Shown: one piece after another, positions 23,448-33,301 of the stretch
Layout of the letters: every line of letters begins with the position of its first letter
Position numbering within the stretch: the stretch's first letter is position 1
Source of the DNA: a virus
Lineage: Duplodnaviria; Caudoviricetes
Reading direction: 5' to 3' (one strand)
DNA: 64,000 nucleotides
Virus record (IMG/VR): IMGVR_UViG_2595698832_000001
Span: 1-64,000 of that record
Translations under genes and position numbers: made by a program
The notes under the pieces: model-generated
Told to the model about the DNA's origin: nothing
Databases searched by the model: none
The model's input: the letters and a program-made list of their open reading frames with translations, nothing else

Positions 23448-23741
23448 TTATCCACAAATAACATTTCCAGATCCTTGCGCTACAGCTTGCCCACAACTAA
23501 TGGCATCACCTATTCTACAAGCAGGTTTTGAATTGACCATAACAGTACCAGAACCTGTAACAATGCTTCCACCGTGTGGTGGTGACGGGCTAGGACTTGG
23601 GTGCGGTATCATAGGATCACCTTGTCTAACTGTACTAATTGAATTAGTCAAGACATTCGTAGAACCACTCGAAATTGCATTAGGTGGAAACGAAGAATGA
23701 CCTGTACTAAAATCAACACCAACTCTAGTTAAAGGAGGCAT
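23448..23741 (-). CDS. PAAR spike-tip protein (T4 gp5.4-like)
   Basis: TRVGVD, VRQGD, PACRIGD, GS.NV repeats. Confidence 0.9.
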   Translation of the reverse strand: MPPLTRVGVDFSTGHSSFPPNAISSGSTNVLTNSISTVRQGDPMIPHPSPSPSPPHGGSIVTGSGTVMVNSKPACRIGDAISCGQAVAQGSGNVICG

Positions 23742-24166
23742 TATTTGGCTCCGTTTAACATATCTTTTAATATCTCTTTATCAGTTTTAGATTTAGTTTT
23801 AGCTTTTGATGCTTTAGACTTACTTTCTTTAGCTTTAGACTCAGTTTTAACATCTTTGACTTTAGTTTTAGTTTTAGTTATCCCGGCTTCGGTTTCAGAC
23901 TTTGTATTTAAATATCTAGTTTTGGCATTACTAGTAGATATTAAATAATCATTTAATTTGATATGAACGTCAATACCTTTAATTTCTTCTATAATTTTAT
24001 TGCGAGTGCATATAACTTCTTCTATACAAATAGCTACTAAAATCAAAGCATAAGTTGCTGGCTCTACGACAACCTTACCTGCTGTAATTAAAGACACTAT
24101 ATCACAAATAATTGATATTATTAGTATTATATAAAATGAGAACTTAATATTTTTGAATATTTTCAT
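23741..24166 (-). CDS. Membrane protein with Lys-rich C-terminus
   Basis: Two N-terminal TM helices and a KTKSKA-rich tail. Confidence 0.55.
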   Translation of the reverse strand: MKIFKNIKFSFYIILIISIICDIVSLITAGKVVVEPATYALILVAICIEEVICTRNKIIEEIKGIDVHIKLNDYLISTSNAKTRYLNTKSETEAGITKTKTKVKDVKTESKAKESKSKASKAKTKSKTDKEILKDMLNGAK

Positions 24167-24190
24167 TTAATTCCTTTCATTGAATTTAGT

Positions 24191-25075
24191 TTAGTTTAGC
24201 TTGATGACTCCAGCAGACATAGTAATACTAGGTCCTGCTGAAATTGTTTCGCTGCCGGACACATTTATATTCTGGTTACCAGAAATTGTTACATTTTCAT
24301 TACCTCCTACTTTACGTGTTCTATCAGAACCTACCTCTAACTTTTCGTTTGACTTAACATTTAAATTGTGGTTAGCGTCATATTTCTCATTAACGTCTTT
24401 TTTAACGTATTCATTTTGTTCACCATCGACGTGCAATAAATTATTTTCTTGTGTATATTCTTTTTTATTCTTTACAGTATTGATAGTCATTTCACCATCT
24501 TTATTCATAGTAATTGTAGTACCAGTTCTGTGGTGAAAAATAATATTACCATCTTCATCACTCCATTCTTCGTAATGACCTGTAATACTATCATATACTC
24601 TAGTATTTTTAGGTTTTGTATTTTTGTGTATTTCGTTTTCACTTGCAATGCAGCCTATAACAATAGGTAAGTTTGGGTTATTATTGTCTAAAACACAAAA
24701 TACCCAAGTTCCTGGTGTTAATATAACGTTATAACCAAATCCTGGATATTTTCCAGATCTTGTTATAGTTTTGTATCCAGATTTAGAACCTTTACCATCT
24801 ATATTGTTGGCATATTCATCAGAACCATCTGAAGGTGCTGGATAATAACCAATATAATCAATACTTTGCATAACTTCTGCCCAAGGTAAATCACTTTCCT
24901 GTATTTGATTATATTTAGTGTCCTTTTCTCCAGAAGTTACTGGGTATTGTCCAGGAGTAGCATTTTCACTCATTCCGTGAAGTTCAAATATACGAACTTG
25001 AACTCTACCTCCTTTTTTAGGGTCATCATTATTAACAACAATACCACGATATATTCTAAATTCTGATTTATTCAT
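24191..25075 (-). CDS. gp5: Baseplate hub/spike gp5-like protein (no lysozyme domain)
   Basis: YRGIVVNNDDP..GRVQVRIFELH, LPWA OB-fold motifs; C-terminal beta-helix repeats; adjacent PAAR. Confidence 0.85.
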   Translation of the reverse strand: MNKSEFRIYRGIVVNNDDPKKGGRVQVRIFELHGMSENATPGQYPVTSGEKDTKYNQIQESDLPWAEVMQSIDYIGYYPAPSDGSDEYANNIDGKGSKSGYKTITRSGKYPGFGYNVILTPGTWVFCVLDNNNPNLPIVIGCIASENEIHKNTKPKNTRVYDSITGHYEEWSDEDGNIIFHHRTGTTITMNKDGEMTINTVKNKKEYTQENNLLHVDGEQNEYVKKDVNEKYDANHNLNVKSNEKLEVGSDRTRKVGGNENVTISGNQNINVSGSETISAGPSITMSAGVIKLN

Positions 25076-25188
25076 TTGTTGCCTTTTATATATTATATAT
25101 TATATAATATTTTAGCTTAAATCTAGTTTAATATTCGATTGGTTTTAAAAGTTTTAAAAACTTTGATTTTAAAATCTAAACTAAAGTT

Positions 25189-25767
25189 TTAATTTAAAAT
25201 GTATTTAAAAACTTTTGTATTCTGATGTTTAAAAACTATAATTTTATTATTAATATCATTTGGTTCTAAATCTAATTTACATTCATTGACTTTAAAAAGA
25301 TTTAAATTATTAAACTCAAATGAGTTATATTCTTTAGATCCTTTATTATTATAATCAATACAAATTAAAAAATCTTTAAAATCGAACTCTTTAAATAAAA
25401 TTAAAGCTTCTAAAACATTACCCATATACAACTGAGCATCAGAAATTAAAACAAAGATTTTAGCTTCTGGTTTTGCTAACTTCATTCCTATACCTATACC
25501 TAAAGCATTACCTAAGGTATAATCCGCATAGTTTACACAATCTATAAAATCGTGTTCTATGCCAGGCCTATCATAATTTGTAATTCCCATTGCTTCTAAC
25601 ATAGGAGTACATCCATATGGTTTACCAATTAATTTATAATCAAAATCTTTTACAAGATTCCAGAGATCTTTAAACCAAGGATATATAGATTTTGCAGATT
25701 CTAAATGTGTTTCTTTTCTAATACCTGGATTCAAAGTTAAAAAATTATTGATGTCTGCTTCACACAC
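25189..25767 (-). CDS. Transketolase N-terminal (TPP-binding)-like protein
   Basis: TLGNALGIGIGM..IFVLISDAQ..G..EA..IDYN resembles the TK motif GSLGQGL..GDGE..EG..WEA..DxN. Confidence 0.65.
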   Translation of the reverse strand: MCEADINNFLTLNPGIRKETHLESAKSIYPWFKDLWNLVKDFDYKLIGKPYGCTPMLEAMGITNYDRPGIEHDFIDCVNYADYTLGNALGIGIGMKLAKPEAKIFVLISDAQLYMGNVLEALILFKEFDFKDFLICIDYNNKGSKEYNSFEFNNLNLFKVNECKLDLEPNDINNKIIVFKHQNTKVFKYILN

Positions 25768-25806
25768 GTATACCCTTCAATTATATTATCAAAATATTTT
25801 AATAGG

Positions 25807-26172
25807 TTATGTCATTTTGGTATAGATTATGTCTAAACTGGATTTTAAACTTTTTATTTCTTTTAAAATATCCTTTTTAGATAGTTCACCATTATAACTA
25901 ATTTCTGAAATCATTTCAGATTTTTCTACTTTTGATTCTAATATTTCTAATAAATCTCTGACGATACCTGCATAATCTGAAGTAGTGAATAAATCTGTTT
26001 TAAGTAATATATTCAAACTTTGTATCTTAGATGCTTGTGATCTTAAGACGCTTATTTCTTTACTAATATTTCGATTTTTTACATCCAATATATCAGAAAT
26101 ATATTTGAATGTAGGCACTTCCACATCATCTAATAATGCATCAATTTCTTCTTGACTTAATATCTGTGCCAT
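25807..26172 (-). CDS. Small protein with FliM-like N-terminal CheY-binding peptide
   Basis: MAQILSQEEIDALLDD; AAGGAG RBS; helical remainder. Confidence 0.7.
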   Translation of the reverse strand: MAQILSQEEIDALLDDVEVPTFKYISDILDVKNRNISKEISVLRSQASKIQSLNILLKTDLFTTSDYAGIVRDLLEILESKVEKSEMISEISYNGELSKKDILKEIKSLKSSLDIIYTKMT

Positions 26173-26205
26173 TTTAATCTCCTTAATTAATATATTTATA
26201 ACATT

Positions 26206-26742
26206 TTAAGCTTTGAATGGATTTGCCGAATAACCGTCAGCATTTCTAGTATTCCATTTAAATTCTTTAAAGTGCTCCTCTACGTATTTAACATTTAAAA
26301 ACATTGCCGAAAAGTTCTCACATTTATCAACTTTCCATTTGTTTAATATTTGTTTAAAATTAGTACATTCATAAAACATTTTATTCATATTCTTAACATT
26401 TCCAACATTCCAAGAATTTAAATTTTGATTAAATGATTTACATTTAAAGAACATTTCTCTAGCATCTTGAAGTTTAGAAGTATTCCATTTACTAATATCT
26501 TCATTAAAATCTTTTAAATTATAAAAACAACGTCTAGCAGTAACAACATTGCTGGTATTCCAAGTGCCAATACCTTTGAAATTAGTTCTTTTTGTTCCAG
26601 AAAATAATTCATTAAAATCTGTTATATCACTAGTATCTATATCACTTAATTTAATACTAAGATCATTGATTAATTCTTTAAGATCTGCTTTAGTTTTTGG
26701 TTTATATTTTTTGTTTTCATAAATTAAATTATAGAAGTTCAT
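26206..26742 (-). CDS. DUF285/BspA-type (PARCEL) repeat protein
   Basis: Repeats W(N/D)(T/V)S(N/K)V..M..MF..C..FNQ.L..W. Confidence 0.8.
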   Translation of the reverse strand: MNFYNLIYENKKYKPKTKADLKELINDLSIKLSDIDTSDITDFNELFSGTKRTNFKGIGTWNTSNVVTARRCFYNLKDFNEDISKWNTSKLQDAREMFFKCKSFNQNLNSWNVGNVKNMNKMFYECTNFKQILNKWKVDKCENFSAMFLNVKYVEEHFKEFKWNTRNADGYSANPFKA

Positions 26743-26805
26743 CAGGTACCTTTATGTATATTTATAACATTTTAAGCTGCTAGCACATTCTAAATACTAA
26801 AATAC

Positions 26806-27475
26806 TTAAGATGCTAACAGCATTGCTGTAGTACGCTTAAAAACATTTAATGGGTCAATAAAATCATTAACACAAACTAATTCACCCCCACGATTAAAGA
26901 AAATATTATCCGGAGTTACCATAGTTGATTCGCGTCTAAGAATATCAAAATCTCTAGCATCGGTATTGAAAAATGTTTGCGATCCTGAATTTCTTAAAAA
27001 AATCATTAAGTTCATCGAATTTTAAATCTTTTGTATTTGTAATAATTATACCCTTTGGGTTCTTTGTATTGAATAAATAATTGCGTGTAGTTAATTCTAT
27101 AAATTCATTGAATTCTTTTAGTGTATCCTTAGATGGTTCTTCATAACCATATTCAAATGGTATAGTACTAAACTTGTCAATAATAGAGCCTGAGTTAATA
27201 ACAATTTTTCTATATAAATTTTTATTGTTTATAATAAAATCATATTTAATTGAACCAAACTTTACATTTTGTGTTAATTCTGGATCTAAAATAATTAGTT
27301 TAATAATATTATCAATAGATTCTTTAGTATCTATAAAAAATAATTCAGTACTTAGATCAAAATCATCGGATAATTCGAACTTACCTGGACTTGTTTCTTC
27401 GTAGTCTTTAAAGAAACGAATAATTTGAATACTTGGGTTGACGGTAATATTAGATAATTCAATTGCAGAAATCAT
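26806..27475 (-). CDS. Hypothetical protein (frameshifted)
   Basis: Overlapping ORFs 26954-27475 and 26806-27015 join at the A-run near 27000. Confidence 0.5.
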
Positions 27476-27713
27476 TTTTAAACTCCTTTAAACGTAAATT
27501 AATACTTTTTTTTACATAACAAAAAAATTAAAGTCGATTTTAACCGTGTTTTTGAGTGGTTATAACCGTATTTAGATTTTAGTGTATAACACTTAGTTTT
27601 TAGATTTACACTAAAGTGTTATATGTTTAGAACCAGAATCTAAAATTGTTTTATTATATAATAAAAAAGCTTAAAAATTAATTATGGAGCTACAAAAGCT
27701 CCTGGAATTTACA

Positions 27714-28319
27714 TTATGAAAATTTAGGGTTTAAAAATCTACAATGTGATTTTGGTGTTTCCCAATATTCAACTGCTACAACATTGACGTCTAAATCTTT
27801 TAACATTTTTTCAGCTATTTCTAACCACCACTTACATAAGTTTTCACTAGTAGGACAAAAATCAACGAAAACAAAACCTTCTAATTTTTCTTGTATAGCA
27901 TTTTTATGTTTTGTTTGGCTGTATTTAGATTTTATTTCATCAATAACAGATTGTTTAATAGTTTTATATCCATATTCTTGAGTATCGAAATATTGTGGAT
28001 CTAAACCATCTAAAGATTCTGAATATAATTCTGGTAATTCGTGAATATGACCAGGATCATTAAAATCCCAAACAAATTTATGATCAATAACTTCATCAAC
28101 TAGTTTTTTATAACAATTTAAAAATTTGAAATCTAAAACCATATTATTGATTAGTTCATCTGAACCTAAGAATAGTTTTATTACACCACTGTGCGAATGA
28201 TGATGTCTGCAAGCACAAATACTATCGATACTATATTTTGGATCTAATGTTTGAGTCCAAACTCTGTGACCCATACAAAAATCAAATTGTTTGTCTATAG
28301 TCCATTTAAATGTTTTCAT
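27714..28319 (-). CDS. queD: 6-carboxytetrahydropterin synthase QueD
   Basis: FDFCMGHR, CRHHHSH, LDF, DHK, PTSENL, WETPKS motifs. Confidence 0.9.
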   Translation of the reverse strand: MKTFKWTIDKQFDFCMGHRVWTQTLDPKYSIDSICACRHHHSHSGVIKLFLGSDELINNMVLDFKFLNCYKKLVDEVIDHKFVWDFNDPGHIHELPELYSESLDGLDPQYFDTQEYGYKTIKQSVIDEIKSKYSQTKHKNAIQEKLEGFVFVDFCPTSENLCKWWLEIAEKMLKDLDVNVVAVEYWETPKSHCRFLNPKFS

Positions 28320-28333
28320 AAAATCTCCTTGTC

Positions 28334-29320
28334 TTAATCATTCACTTCAATAGAATCTATATTATTAGTTCCAAATATAAATTCTCCAATAGCATTATAA
28401 TACTCAGTATCTTTAATAACACAACGAATATAACCATCACTTGAAGATTTGAAAATGTGTGCACCACCGCCTAGCACAACCAAGAAATCTAGTTTATCCA
28501 ATATATTGCTATATCTTTCATTTACTAATGCTAAAATTTCTCTTAAGTATTCTTTTTTAATACCTTCAATTTCTTTAGTATAATCATATTTTTGGCCTCT
28601 TAGTTTATAAACACCCGTATCTAAGATTTCTCTAGCCTCTGGCAATGAAATAGATCTGTTATGTTTTTCATTTACTAATTTAGCAACTTGCGAAGCTATT
28701 TTCATCAATCCGTGTTGTGAAATTCCTTCGAATAATTCTGGTGAAGTAACTCCTTTATTAACAAGAACTAAATCTAATGTATTGAATCCAATATCCACAA
28801 TACAATATGTTGAATCACCTAAGTATTCTTTTTGAAGATTTGGAAAATCATTTCCGAATTTTTCATAACTTAACTTAGCTCCAGCACCTTGAGGTAACAA
28901 CATTACATTATAATTGTATTCAGTACCATCAACCACAAAATGACTTAGTACATTTTGAAAATATCCAGATTGTTTAATTTCTGCAATACTTAATCCTGAA
29001 ACTATTAAATCTACTTTACTGAGTTTAGCAATTTTCACTGCGTGATTCAATAACAATGGTCCAAAATATTCTAAATTCTTATAAGTATCTAAATCTATGA
29101 TATTAGAACTTGGTAAATGTTTGGCATCTTCACCTACCATATAATAACGTTCATTGTAATGAACTATATTATCATTTTGAACACCTTCAAGTTTTTTGGT
29201 TTGGCCTATAACACTTGGAAATTTAAACTTTTTAATTATTTGACCATCACCAGTGCCTACACAAACTTTAACAAAGCTGTAACCTATGTCTACACCTAAA
29301 ATAACTTTTTCTGTTTTCAT
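28334..29320 (-). CDS. ParM/StbA-family actin-like ATPase
   Basis: GVDIGYSFVK, PQGAGA, VDIGFNTLD, LGGGA, NAIG actin-fold motifs. Confidence 0.85.
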   Translation of the reverse strand: MKTEKVILGVDIGYSFVKVCVGTGDGQIIKKFKFPSVIGQTKKLEGVQNDNIVHYNERYYMVGEDAKHLPSSNIIDLDTYKNLEYFGPLLLNHAVKIAKLSKVDLIVSGLSIAEIKQSGYFQNVLSHFVVDGTEYNYNVMLLPQGAGAKLSYEKFGNDFPNLQKEYLGDSTYCIVDIGFNTLDLVLVNKGVTSPELFEGISQHGLMKIASQVAKLVNEKHNRSISLPEAREILDTGVYKLRGQKYDYTKEIEGIKKEYLREILALVNERYSNILDKLDFLVVLGGGAHIFKSSSDGYIRCVIKDTEYYNAIGEFIFGTNNIDSIEVND

Positions 29321-29375
29321 TAATATTCCTTGAATGGATTTACATTATTATATATTAAAATTACTTAAAACAAAA

Positions 29376-29858
29376 TTAATTTTTAGTTTTAGCTTCAGTC
29401 TTAGATTCAATTTTAGACTCAGCTTTAATTGAAGCTAAAGTTTCTAAACCAAATAACAAAGAATCTACCAAATCGATAGTAGCACCCACTATAGCATTCA
29501 ACGCAAATTTTAAAGTAACGTCGTCTAATTTTTGTAGTCTATTTTCACCTAACATAAGCATATCAATTAAGTGTTCTGTGTCTAAGAGATAATTTGTTTC
29601 TGAGGTGTTTATTATTTCACAAATTTTATTTAAATTATTTGCAATATAAAAAATACCACTTAAAACTAAATCTATTTCTTCTTCTGTATAAGCATCTGGG
29701 TTTCTCAAAATATCCTTAGCTATAAGAATAGTTTCATAATCTATATCTAAAGATTCAATTTCTTCACTTGATCTAAAATATTGATTTACATTGTATTTAG
29801 GAATTTTGTCCTCGTTTTCATAGATAGATTCTAAGTAGTCTTCTAAATAAGATTTCAA
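29376..29858 (-). CDS. Hypothetical acidic protein
   Basis: 160 aa ORF coupled to the upstream gene. Confidence 0.55.
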   Translation of the reverse strand: MKSYLEDYLESIYENEDKIPKYNVNQYFRSSEEIESLDIDYETILIAKDILRNPDAYTEEEIDLVLSGIFYIANNLNKICEIINTSETNYLLDTEHLIDMLMLGENRLQKLDDVTLKFALNAIVGATIDLVDSLLFGLETLASIKAESKIESKTEAKTKN

Positions 29859-30139
29859 TCAATCTCCTTTAATTTAAATTTTAAGTATTCAATAAACGCA
29901 TCTAATCTATATAACTTCAGAGCTTCATCACTTAATTGATATTTAAACATTATTAATTCAGCTAATATGCAAGCTATATGATTTTTATTATATAGTTTAT
30001 TAAATATATCAATATCAATTTGTTTAAATAAAATAGTTTTATTTTTATATGATAATGTAAGTATATAACTATCCTCTGAATTTTTATTAAGATTGCAATT
30101 TATTGGTGGTATAGGTATACACAATTGTGTTAATAGCAT
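29855..30139 (-). CDS. Hypothetical protein
   Basis: 94 aa ORF. Confidence 0.5.
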   Translation of the reverse strand: MLLTQLCIPIPPINCNLNKNSEDSYILTLSYKNKTILFKQIDIDIFNKLYNKNHIACILAELIMFKYQLSDEALKLYRLDAFIEYLKFKLKEID

Positions 30140-30381
30140 TATGAACCCTTAAACTTTTAATTCTTACTTAATCATTTCTGTATAACATCTTCACATCTTC
30201 TAAAACTTGAACTATAGCTTCGTGTTTTTTCATACCACCATCATTTACAAGAATATCAATATTACTATTTATTACATCAATAGCATATTTAGGTTCATCT
30301 TTTAGAGTTAATGAATTAATAACTTTTTGTAAATTCATACATTATCCTTTTAGTTTTTTTGTAATTATATAAAATTTTTAC

Positions 30382-30948
30382 TTAAAAATCAACACAATCA
30401 ACACAATCTATTTCTAAATTTTTGAACTTTTCCAAATATATACCACTGAAAATGTAACAAATTTTCATATTTTTACCTATTAGTTTTTCAAATAAATTAT
30501 ACTCAAAGTTTTTAGGTTTGCAAGTTCTTTTACCACATTCTTCATTTATAATTGTTCTTAAAGATAATTTAAGACATTTAGTATTAGGTTTTTGAAAAAC
30601 TAGTAATTGTTCAGTTGAATTTCTAAACGTTGAACCTAGTCCGTAAAAATCATTACCTTTTGTTGTTAATTTTCTCCATGTTACACAAGTTTTATAATCA
30701 AAATTTGTAGACGATTTAAAAACATCCATTAATAATGAATTACACGTCCATAAAAATAAATAATCACATTTTATATTTTCAAAAACAAATTTCAAACATT
30801 CTATATTATCATCCCACAAATTATATGATAATTGATTTTTTGTTGATGGATGTTTATCGTTAAAATTCCAAGGTGGATCAATAATCACAACATCATAGTG
30901 ATTCATACTCATTATAAAATCTTTATAATCACTTTTAATAAAATTCAT
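30382..30948 (-). CDS. MT-A70 family adenine methyltransferase
   Basis: YDVVIIDPPW, LFLW, TWRK, G..FRNSTEQLL, KP motifs. Confidence 0.85.
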   Translation of the reverse strand: MNFIKSDYKDFIMSMNHYDVVIIDPPWNFNDKHPSTKNQLSYNLWDDNIECLKFVFENIKCDYLFLWTCNSLLMDVFKSSTNFDYKTCVTWRKLTTKGNDFYGLGSTFRNSTEQLLVFQKPNTKCLKLSLRTIINEECGKRTCKPKNFEYNLFEKLIGKNMKICYIFSGIYLEKFKNLEIDCVDCVDF

Positions 30949-30989
30949 AATTTAATCATCTCCATAAAAATTTTACAACATCAAATTGT

Positions 30990-31730
30990 TCAAGATCTGG
31001 TATATTTAATAATTTTATAAAATAACAATGCTGCTGCATCTTTCTTTTCATCCACAAAATCATTACTTATAAATCTTTTATAGTCATTATGAAAAATAGA
31101 TTTTGGATTAGCAAAATATTTTCCATAATCTCTATGATTTATAATAAAATGATGTCCATTTAATGTTGAATAATCTACATACTCAATGCTATTGTTTTTT
31201 AAAATATTTTCAAAATCTGTCATTAATACACAATTAGGTCCAACATTATCTTTGTACTTGCCTTCAAAAACATCAACATCCAAAATTACCCAATTTAAAT
31301 TTCTATCTTGATCTGCTTCTGGTTTTGATAAAACACTATATGATAATGCTTGGATCTTTTTACCAACATCTACATTATCATTATTAATAAAGTTAGTTAA
31401 TAACTGATTTACTCTATCATTTAAATGTAACAGAGCTTTTTTCTTAGACTTAGGATTTACATTAAAATATGCTCTTGTATATGGTATATTATTAACAATA
31501 TGTTCAGAAACCTTACAATATTTTTCAAAATCTTCTTCATTTGAAATATAATAGTTTGCTATTAATCTTTCATTATGACTTCCAAAAACATTTTTAAAAA
31601 TATCTTCATCATCACTAACAATAGCATCTTTCTTTCTACTAAATATTTTTATAATATAAAAAGTGTCATCATTATAAAATTTTAAGAAATTATTTTTAAT
31701 GATTTCTTTATTGCTTATTAACTGTCTCAT
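30990..31730 (-). CDS. Hypothetical phage protein
   Basis: 246 aa; WVILDVD and TLNGHHFI motifs. Confidence 0.6.
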   Translation of the reverse strand: MRQLISNKEIIKNNFLKFYNDDTFYIIKIFSRKKDAIVSDDEDIFKNVFGSHNERLIANYYISNEEDFEKYCKVSEHIVNNIPYTRAYFNVNPKSKKKALLHLNDRVNQLLTNFINNDNVDVGKKIQALSYSVLSKPEADQDRNLNWVILDVDVFEGKYKDNVGPNCVLMTDFENILKNNSIEYVDYSTLNGHHFIINHRDYGKYFANPKSIFHNDYKRFISNDFVDEKKDAAALLFYKIIKYTRS

Positions 31731-32218
31731 TTTATCTCCTTTAGTAAATCACCATCTTCGTGGATATTTCCAATAACTTCCATATTTTTTTCTGACTTAA
31801 ATACTTTTAAAAAAGATATATCGGGCTCAGCTTTCCTTTTATAAATTTCACCGACAAAGTTTTTGCTAAAAATTTCTATTTTAGACATTTTATAAGTATC
31901 ATCTCTTGTAATGTGATAAAGTTCTTCAAGATCCTCATATTTTAAAATATCACCTTCATAGATTTTATTTCCATTTTTATCAAAATAGCCTGTAAATAAT
32001 TCTATGGAAAATGCATTTTCATTATTAAAATATTCCTCATTTTTCCAATTATATGGGTGATCTACTGAAAATCCTGCGTGGTCATAATTCTCTATGATAC
32101 GATTACAGTTACTAGCATCGTTATGTTCGGTATTTTCAATATATAAACCTTCTGATGTTTTAATATACTTCTTTTCAATATTATCCCAAATCCTAAAATC
32201 AAAATCTTTTAGTTTCAT
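31727..32218 (-). CDS. YopX family protein
   Basis: KDFDFRIWD, FTGYFDKNGNKIYEGDI, EVIGNIHE; ATG at 32218 with GGAGGAG RBS. Confidence 0.85.
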   Translation of the reverse strand: MKLKDFDFRIWDNIEKKYIKTSEGLYIENTEHNDASNCNRIIENYDHAGFSVDHPYNWKNEEYFNNENAFSIELFTGYFDKNGNKIYEGDILKYEDLEELYHITRDDTYKMSKIEIFSKNFVGEIYKRKAEPDISFLKVFKSEKNMEVIGNIHEDGDLLKEIK

Positions 32219-32287
32219 TTTTATCTCCTCCAATTTATTGATAATTATATAATAAGCTTAGATTTATTTTAATTTTATACTTTGATG

Positions 32288-32569
32288 TCAATTAAAATAA
32301 ACAAACTTAGCTTTATGTTTATCCATTGCAGTCTTTACTTCTTTTAGGTCATAACTTTCTTTAGATAATTCACAAACGTCCTTGTAAGATAAAGATACGT
32401 TAATTCTATCAGGATCTTCCATAATATAATCTTTTGAATATAAAAAGTTCCAAAGATTATTACCATAACTATCACCTTTGTGGATTATGTTCAAGAATGT
32501 TCCATTTTTTAAGTCTTTTTTAATATCTTTTTTGTTTTTATAATAATAAAAAGCAGTTGATGAAGTCAT
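32288..32569 (-). CDS. Hypothetical protein
   Basis: 93 aa ORF with RBS. Confidence 0.55.
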   Translation of the reverse strand: MTSSTAFYYYKNKKDIKKDLKNGTFLNIIHKGDSYGNNLWNFLYSKDYIMEDPDRINVSLSYKDVCELSKESYDLKEVKTAMDKHKAKFVYFN

Positions 32570-32579
32570 TTTATCTCCT

Positions 32580-32765
32580 TTAATAGATTATCATCTTCGT
32601 GAATATTGCTTATTACATCCATATTTACATATGAATTATATACTTTAAGAAAAGCTGTATCAAAATCAACTTTTCTTTTATGAATTTTATTATCGAGGTT
32701 TCTAACAAACCTTTCTATTTTAAACGTTTCATAAGCAACCTACTCTTGTAATACGATAAAGTTCT
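32580..32765 (-). pseudogene. YopX C-terminal remnant
   Basis: Minus strand reads ...NMDVISNIHEDDNLL, paralogous to the end of the intact YopX gene. Confidence 0.55.
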
Positions 32766-32896
32766 CCAATAAGTTTATTTTCTAATAATTTTACTTATTG
32801 GCTTTATTGGCTTGTCTTGCCATTTTTTCAACTATTTTATATAATCTTTTATATTCGTCTATAATAGATTTTATGATAGCTTCCAGATTTCTATTA

Positions 32897-33301
32897 CTAA
32901 TGTGAGAAACAGAAGCATAATCGGCTTTTTAAATCTTTCATAGCTTGCTTGATTTCATCTATATAATCTTTGATGATTTCTTTGTATCTTTTCAATTCTT
33001 GTGATTGGAGTTCCTCTCTATACCAAGGCATCTTGTTTTTATAGCTAAGTAGATATTGATTTATATTCCATACTTCGTTCAGTAAGTCATTATAAAGTTT
33101 ATAATATTGTTTGTTGCTATGTGGACCATCAGCAAGCTTGTGTAGAATTTTTAAAGCTTTCTTCCCAAGCGATTCTATATCTTTATAATCTTTTTTGAAG
33201 GCCAGACCTGATTTGTTATTGGCTACATTAATCTCCTTGAGCATATCATCAATAGCAGCTTCATTAATAATGGCTTCATTAATAAATTTCGTAAACGTCA
33301 T
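32897..33301 (-). CDS. Putative internal head protein (3' end probably frameshifted)
   Basis: N-terminus MTFTKFINEA resembles T4 internal-protein capsid-targeting sequences. Confidence 0.45.
   Translation of the reverse strand: MTFTKFINEAIINEAAIDDMLKEINVANNKSGLAFKKDYKDIESLGKKALKILHKLADGPHSNKQYYKLYNDLLNEVWNINQYLLSYKNKMPWYREELQSQELKRYKEIIKDYIDEIKQAMKDLKSRLCFCFSH

Noticed and set aside
9201-24670. Numerous short plus-strand ORFs (e.g. 10364, 11127, 19270, 21313, 24201)
   Set aside because: They are antisense shadows of well-supported minus-strand genes, with no RBS or recognisable motifs.
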